In this document: one piece after another, positions 46,764-51,874 of the stretch
Position numbering within the stretch: position 1 is the stretch's first letter
Layout of the letters: each line of letters starts with the position of its first letter
Assembly (NCBI GenBank): GCA_015489595.1
Contig: WFZK01000002.1
Span: forward strand, 1-51,874
Source of the DNA: Candidatus Dojkabacteria bacterium
GTDB taxonomy: Bacteria; Patescibacteriota; Dojkabacteria; GCA-002793355
Length of the DNA stretch: 51,874 bases
Reading direction: 5' to 3'
Program-made: the position numbers and the translations under genes
Notes under the pieces: model-generated
Told to the model about the DNA's origin: nothing
The model's input: only the letters and a program-made list of their open reading frames with translations
The model's database searches: none

Positions 46764-48564
46764 AAACTCTTCTTACCCCTTTCCCTACGCTTTCTTGTTT
46801 ATATATCTCAATAGGTGGTATCTCTTTTGTATTTTTTACGTGTGGGCCTCCGCAAAATTCAATGCTTACAGCTTTATCTAAAGATTCCCCGATAAAGTAT
46901 ACCTTAACCTGGGCTGGATACTTTTCACCAGGAATATATTTCGCCCCAAGCTTTTTGGCCTTCTCAAGCGGGAGCACAACAAATTGCACAGGTAAGCCCT
47001 CGTTGATCTTAGAATTTACCCAGTTCTCAAGCCACCTTATTTGTTCTTCCGTTAGAGGCTTATCATAGGGGAAATCAAATCTAAGCCTCTCATTGGTGAT
47101 ATTGCTTCCCTTCTGGTGAATCTGAGGTCCTAGTAGCTCTGTTAAGGCAGCATGTAGTAGGTGGGTGGCAGTGTGATACTTGATGATTGTATCAGTATGT
47201 GCAGCAAGGCCTCCTTTAAATTTCTTTTCTGCCCCTTTGCGAGAGATCTGCTTGTGTTTTTCAAACAGTTGTGAGTATAGGTTTTTGAACTTGTCCTCGT
47301 CGAATTTTATGTTTTTATGCTTTAAGTCTTCGATAAAGATCTCCGGTGGGTATCCATCACTTTGGTAAAGATCAAAAGCGATCTGGGCAAGTTGATTTTC
47401 ATCTAGCTTAGAAGTAGTACTTAGATATTTATCAACTTTAGGCTGAACCCTTTTTAAAGTAGCGTTAAACTTAGATTCTTCTTGATCAAAGATCTCGCTA
47501 ACATCCTTTTTCTTATCCTGCCACCAGGGATAGAGCCACTTAAGCATCTCTACTGTTGGATCAAGTAGGGTGGATGTAAGGTGAGAGTCTACTCCCAGGT
47601 GCCAGCCGAATCTTATCATTCTACGCAGAAGCCTTCTGAGCACGTATCCTTGATCTTTGTTGCTAGGAATCACCCCATCCATGGCGATAATTGTGGCAGC
47701 TCTCATATGATCGGCTATTACCCTCATGTGATAGGTATGATCTTTGTAGGCTTTGCCGGTTAGCTTCTCAAGCGCTTGAATAATAGGATAAAACATGTCT
47801 GTATAAAAGATATCGTATTTTTGCTGGACTATCATAGCTATACGTTCTAGTCCGCCGCCAAAGTCTACATTTTTTTGTTTAAGGGGCTCCCAGCCACTTT
47901 TGGTTTTAACGTATTGCATGAACACGCTGTTGCCTATCTCTAAGAATAAATCCTCATGAGTTTCTGGATTCATGCCTGGCTTCGGAGGTTTTTCTCCTAG
48001 GTAGTAAAAGATCTCGCTGTCTGGGCCTCCTAGTTCGCCGATAGCGTCACCTCTTTGCCACCAGTTGCTTTTGCGTCCGAAAGTAAATATTCGCTCTCCT
48101 TCTTTGGCTTCTATACCGTACTTGGCAAATATCTGTTTTAGAATCTCGATTGATTCTTCGTCTTTTGGAATTTTTTCGTCGCCTGCAAATACGGTAGCAT
48201 AGAGTTTTTCAGGTGGGAGTCCAAGCTCTTTGATAAAAAATTCATAGATCCACTCAAGCTGTTCTTTTTTAAAATAGTCGCCTAGGCTCCAGTTTCCGAT
48301 CATATGGAAAGCTGTTGTATGCCTTATGTCTAGCCCTACTTCTTCTATATCTTCGAATCTAATAGATCTTTGGACATTCATAAGCCTGGTGCCTAAGGGA
48401 TGAGGCTCTCCCATGAGATAGGGTACTAGTGGGAACATCCCTGAGTTTACAAAGAGTAAAGTAGAGTCCTCTTGCGGGACTACAGACACATTTGGAATCT
48501 GCTTGTGGCCTTTCGATCCTAGAAATGAGAAGTATTTGTCTAAAATCTGTTTTGAGCTTAGCAT
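46744..48564 (-). CDS. alaS: Alanine-tRNA ligase, short form lacking C-Ala
   Basis: D.TLLF.NSGM, GN.S.GDYFK, D.G.GLER, editing HTATH and E.CGGPH. Confidence 0.97.
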   Translation of the reverse strand: MLSSKQILDKYFSFLGSKGHKQIPNVSVVPQEDSTLLFVNSGMFPLVPYLMGEPHPLGTRLMNVQRSIRFEDIEEVGLDIRHTTAFHMIGNWSLGDYFKKEQLEWIYEFFIKELGLPPEKLYATVFAGDEKIPKDEESIEILKQIFAKYGIEAKEGERIFTFGRKSNWWQRGDAIGELGGPDSEIFYYLGEKPPKPGMNPETHEDLFLEIGNSVFMQYVKTKSGWEPLKQKNVDFGGGLERIAMIVQQKYDIFYTDMFYPIIQALEKLTGKAYKDHTYHMRVIADHMRAATIIAMDGVIPSNKDQGYVLRRLLRRMIRFGWHLGVDSHLTSTLLDPTVEMLKWLYPWWQDKKKDVSEIFDQEESKFNATLKRVQPKVDKYLSTTSKLDENQLAQIAFDLYQSDGYPPEIFIEDLKHKNIKFDEDKFKNLYSQLFEKHKQISRKGAEKKFKGGLAAHTDTIIKYHTATHLLHAALTELLGPQIHQKGSNITNERLRFDFPYDKPLTEEQIRWLENWVNSKINEGLPVQFVVLPLEKAKKLGAKYIPGEKYPAQVKVYFIGESLDKAVSIEFCGGPHVKNTKEIPPIEIYKQESVGKGVRRVYARFRK

Positions 48565-48683
48565 GAGGTATTATAGCAGAGAAGGGAGGCTGTCTTTTTA
48601 AAGGTTGGAGGTTGTTTAGCAAGGTCTAGATTGGTTTACTAGGGCGAAGCAGAGTGTGTGATTTTTACGTTTAGTCTCAATAC

Positions 48684-49331
48684 CTATCCCTCTTGGGCAA
48701 GTAAGGCAGCTAGCCTTTTAATTCGTCTTTGTCTTCTGACGAAGTATTCTTTTGGTTTTCTGAAGCGGCTAAAGAAGTTCTCCCAGCGTCTGACTTGTGG
48801 GAATAGGTTCGGATGTACGTAAAGCCCTAAACGTTCGTAGAAATAAAAGTCTTTTGGGTCTAGGAGGTATTTTTGAATTTCTTGTAATGTAAAAGTGAGG
48901 CTTACCACAGCCCAGATGGGGGGTTGAGGAGAGAAGCTTTTCACTAGCTTTCCGGTCTGGGCAAAAATATCTCCTATAGTACTTTTAGGGTGGGCGTCAA
49001 AAGGGAAAAAGACTGTGCCGTCTGGGAGTAGTTTACCACGTCTTAATGCCGTTCTCATGTTCTCCCTTGTGAGGGTACTGAAGTCTATTATGAGATATGG
49101 GGCCCTTTCCGGATCAGTAGCGTCTAGTCTATTTGCGGAAGAAGCAAGAGTTTGGATGCCGCGTTCCCACAGTAGGGTGCATGCTGGTACTAGTGGGGTC
49201 TCTACTAGAAGAGGGATCTGTGCAGGTGAGGTTATCATTATTCCTCCGCTTTCTCGTATTTGAGGTACTTCTACCAAGGGTTTTTCTTGGATTCTCTCCT
49301 CCAGACCTAGAAATAATTCCCTGCTAGCCAT
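48684..49331 (-). CDS. Hypothetical protein
   Basis: 215-aa ORF; extended -10 TGA-TAGAAT 5 nt before ATG. Confidence 0.65.
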   Translation of the reverse strand: MASRELFLGLEERIQEKPLVEVPQIRESGGIMITSPAQIPLLVETPLVPACTLLWERGIQTLASSANRLDATDPERAPYLIIDFSTLTRENMRTALRRGKLLPDGTVFFPFDAHPKSTIGDIFAQTGKLVKSFSPQPPIWAVVSLTFTLQEIQKYLLDPKDFYFYERLGLYVHPNLFPQVRRWENFFSRFRKPKEYFVRRQRRIKRLAALLAQEG

Positions 49332-49431
49332 ATTCTATTCTATCATTATCGTGGAGACGTACTTGTTAATTGTATGTACGGGTCCAAAAAGAGTTGAGAC
49401 AAAAACTGGAAGCTCTGTGCTATAATGTTAC

Positions 49432-50571
49432 GTGACTACTAATCAAAATACACCTCAAAATTCAAATTCTCCTAGAGTTGGATTTTTTGGGCTACTTTTA
49501 GCGACAGTTGCAGGAGCGGCAATCGGAATCGCCGGATGTTTCCTTATTGGGATAGGTCGCCTGCAAGAGACAGTTCATAGTTTAAGACCTCAAAGATTTG
49601 AAGAAAATAGGGCAGTAGAGAAGTCAGAAAGATCGGTCTCTAACCCGCATCCTGTGATGGCCATGAAGTGGAGGGTGTATAAAGACAGAGATAACCCTTG
49701 GGTCTATATTCCGTATCCAGAAGGAGGCAAGGTGGCCGTGTCTTCTCCTTACCAAGGCCAAAAGGGTGCAGGAACCCAGGCAAAGATATGGCAGATGACT
49801 TATAAAACCTCAGATTATTCAATCGCATTTAAGCTTGAGGAATTAAGAGGTATAGGCGGGGTTTCTACAACCATGCATAAGCCTTATTGCGTAATTGCTG
49901 GGAATGATTTTACCGGTGTTTCAAGATTTGTAGAGAAAAAAGCAGAAAACGAGGTGGAGTATTCGTATGCTTATCATCGTAATGGACTTTATCACTTTGG
50001 CCCGATGATTAAGAATTTCGTTGTTAAGGCTAAAATTAAGGCAGAAAATCCAGAGGCTTTTGCAGTTGCAAAAAGGGTTCTGCAGGAGATTATGAGAAGA
50101 TTTATAGCTTTTGAGTACCCAACCCTTAAGTTTCTTGAGACGCCCAGCGCTGGTAAGTTGTTTATAGCTAAGAAAGATAAAAATAGTGTAGTGTTTTATC
50201 GCAGTAAAACTCAGCCTTGCGATCAGGCGACAAATCCTACCCAGTTTAAGCCAGACAATCTTCCTGCATCGTATCAGCCTGAATTTGCGACTATAAGTCC
50301 CTATACTCAATATGCGATGTTAGGGTATTCTTCTAAGGGGGGTGATTATAGGTTTTATTTTATTAAGCTAGAAAACGGAGAATTGATAAAGTGCGCAGGC
50401 AAGAGGTTTTTAGATTCTAAAGTGTTCCCAGCGCCTGTATGGGTAGGCCCAGCTACAGTAGCCTGGAGCGGAGGCGGCGAGACTCAGTTTTGCAATCTAA
50501 GAACCCATAAGTTCTGGGAAAGCAGCGACACTGTAAACGCCTACGATGTGTGGGGAGTTTATAGGGAGTAG
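49432..50571 (+). CDS. Exported/membrane-anchored hypothetical protein
   Basis: N-terminal TM, W..Y.......I.YP motif, beta-rich C-terminus; TGC-TATAAT 5 nt before GTG. Confidence 0.75.
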   Translation: MTTNQNTPQNSNSPRVGFFGLLLATVAGAAIGIAGCFLIGIGRLQETVHSLRPQRFEENRAVEKSERSVSNPHPVMAMKWRVYKDRDNPWVYIPYPEGGKVAVSSPYQGQKGAGTQAKIWQMTYKTSDYSIAFKLEELRGIGGVSTTMHKPYCVIAGNDFTGVSRFVEKKAENEVEYSYAYHRNGLYHFGPMIKNFVVKAKIKAENPEAFAVAKRVLQEIMRRFIAFEYPTLKFLETPSAGKLFIAKKDKNSVVFYRSKTQPCDQATNPTQFKPDNLPASYQPEFATISPYTQYAMLGYSSKGGDYRFYFIKLENGELIKCAGKRFLDSKVFPAPVWVGPATVAWSGGGETQFCNLRTHKFWESSDTVNAYDVWGVYRE

Positions 50572-50684
50572 AGAAAGCATAGCGAGATCAAGTGGACTAG
50601 TTAATACATAGAACCTAACCACGAGAGAGGAACAAGTTGAGTGCATTAGGGTGTTTAGGGGCTTTTAAGTTGGTATAATCCCTT

Positions 50685-51874
50685 ATGACCTCTGAAGGCG
50701 AGGTTCGCGCAACTTTAAAAAAACAGCTATGGTCAATCGCGAATATACTTAGGGGACGTATGAATGCGGATGAGTACAAGGTTTACATCCTAGCTTTCAT
50801 TTTTTATAAGTATCTCTCTGAGAAGTTCGAGAGGTACGCTAATCAGGTTCTTCAGCATTTCGGTGGGAAACGTCCTTATGTCGATCTTAGAGGAGAGGAG
50901 GACATCCTCGGCACGGTCAAATATCTTGTTAAGAGTGCATTAGGATTTGAGTTAGAACCGTATGAATTGTTTTCTTATATAGTGAAAAAGGGAAAAGGTG
51001 AAATCTCGGGGACAGATACTTTTATACTCGAGGATGTGAGAGCTGCCTTTAATAAAATTGAGCAATCCGCAATGGGAGGCGTGGCAGAACACGCTTACGT
51101 TGGTTTATTCGATGATGTAGATCTAAATTCCACAAAATTAGGCAAGTATCCAAAAGATCGCAATAGAATTGTTGTAGAAGTGTTAAATAAATTAGCAGAA
51201 ATAGATTTTCATATAGATGAAGCTGAGTCAGATGTACTTGGCAATGCTTATGAGTATCTTATTGGAGAATTTGCAAGTGAAGCAGGCAAAAAGGGCGGAG
51301 AGTTTTATACACCAGCTCAAGTATCTAAATTACTTGCAAAGCTAGTTACTGTAAACTTGCAACCAGATAAAGATGGCAAAAAGCGTATTCATAAGGCATA
51401 TGACCCTACTTGTGGCTCGGGCTCTTTGTTGCTAAAACTAAAACAAGAAACAGAGGTCGTTGATTTTTATGGCCAAGAACTAAACCCAACCACTTACAAC
51501 CTTGCACGTATGAATATGCTTTTGCACGACATTCCGCCAGCTAATTTTCATATTGCACAGGGCGACACATTAGAAGACGATCAATTCCCAGATTTAAAAG
51601 CAGATGTAATTGTTGCTAATCCCCCTTTTTCTGCAAAATGGCGTTCAGACGATAATCCGTTATTTAAAGATGACCCTAGATTTGCTCTGTATGGTGTTTT
51701 AGCGCCAAAATCCTATGCAGATTATGCTTTTGTAACCCATATGCTTTACCATTTGCAGGAGAATGGTTATATGGCAGTAGTTTTACCCCATGGAACACTT
51801 TTTAGAGGTGGAAGAGAATATAAGATTCGCAGATACTTAATTGAAAAAGCAAATGTAATAGATGCAATTATCGG
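50685..51874 (+). CDS. hsdM: Type I restriction-modification methyltransferase subunit M, 3' truncated by window edge
   Basis: Own translation (absent from track): LW.IAN.LRG, G.AYEYLI..FA..AGKKGGEFYTP, YDPTCGSGSLL, GQE, NPPF, VLPHG.LFRG. Confidence 0.97.
   Translation, partial: MTSEGEVRATLKKQLWSIANILRGRMNADEYKVYILAFIFYKYLSEKFERYANQVLQHFGGKRPYVDLRGEEDILGTVKYLVKSALGFELEPYELFSYIVKKGKGEISGTDTFILEDVRAAFNKIEQSAMGGVAEHAYVGLFDDVDLNSTKLGKYPKDRNRIVVEVLNKLAEIDFHIDEAESDVLGNAYEYLIGEFASEAGKKGGEFYTPAQVSKLLAKLVTVNLQPDKDGKKRIHKAYDPTCGSGSLLLKLKQETEVVDFYGQELNPTTYNLARMNMLLHDIPPANFHIAQGDTLEDDQFPDLKADVIVANPPFSAKWRSDDNPLFKDDPRFALYGVLAPKSYADYAFVTHMLYHLQENGYMAVVLPHGTLFRGGREYKIRRYLIEKANVIDAII

Overview
This 51.9 kb window is gene-dense bacterial chromosome. 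It looks like Patescibacteria/CPR; that is an inference from the short AlaRS, divergent compact RpoB/RpoC, PilN/PilO, DUF2207 and many orphan secreted proteins. Housekeeping content: rpoD (3' end)-def, yjbQ, pilNO-like genes, tRNA-His, a tandem pair of paralogous exported proteins, an MBL hydrolase, an ECF sigma with a 1051-aa membrane partner, a TyrA-PheA fusion, a surface-glycan cluster, a Bcp-cytochrome b5 fusion, dsbA-rpoB-rpoC-rpsL-rpsG-rplY-thiI, a protease, an MFS pump, nrnA, tRNA-Ala(CGC), alaS and the 5' part of a type I R-M hsdM. Signals the ORF track misses: (1) a family of at least 8 dispersed ~50-bp intergenic palindromes whose arms differ between copies but stay complementary within each copy, often starting at stop codons; (2) an unannotated 29-aa hydrophobic peptide gene with a consensus promoter, a perfect SD, an anti-SD hairpin and 5'-3' fold-back, resembling a type I toxin mRNA; (3) pervasive leaderless promoter architecture, with a -10 box 4-6 nt before the start codon in 13 genes; (4) RNA polymerase and S12 substitutions at antibiotic-target and catalytic motifs. 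All calls were made by eye; no searches were run.
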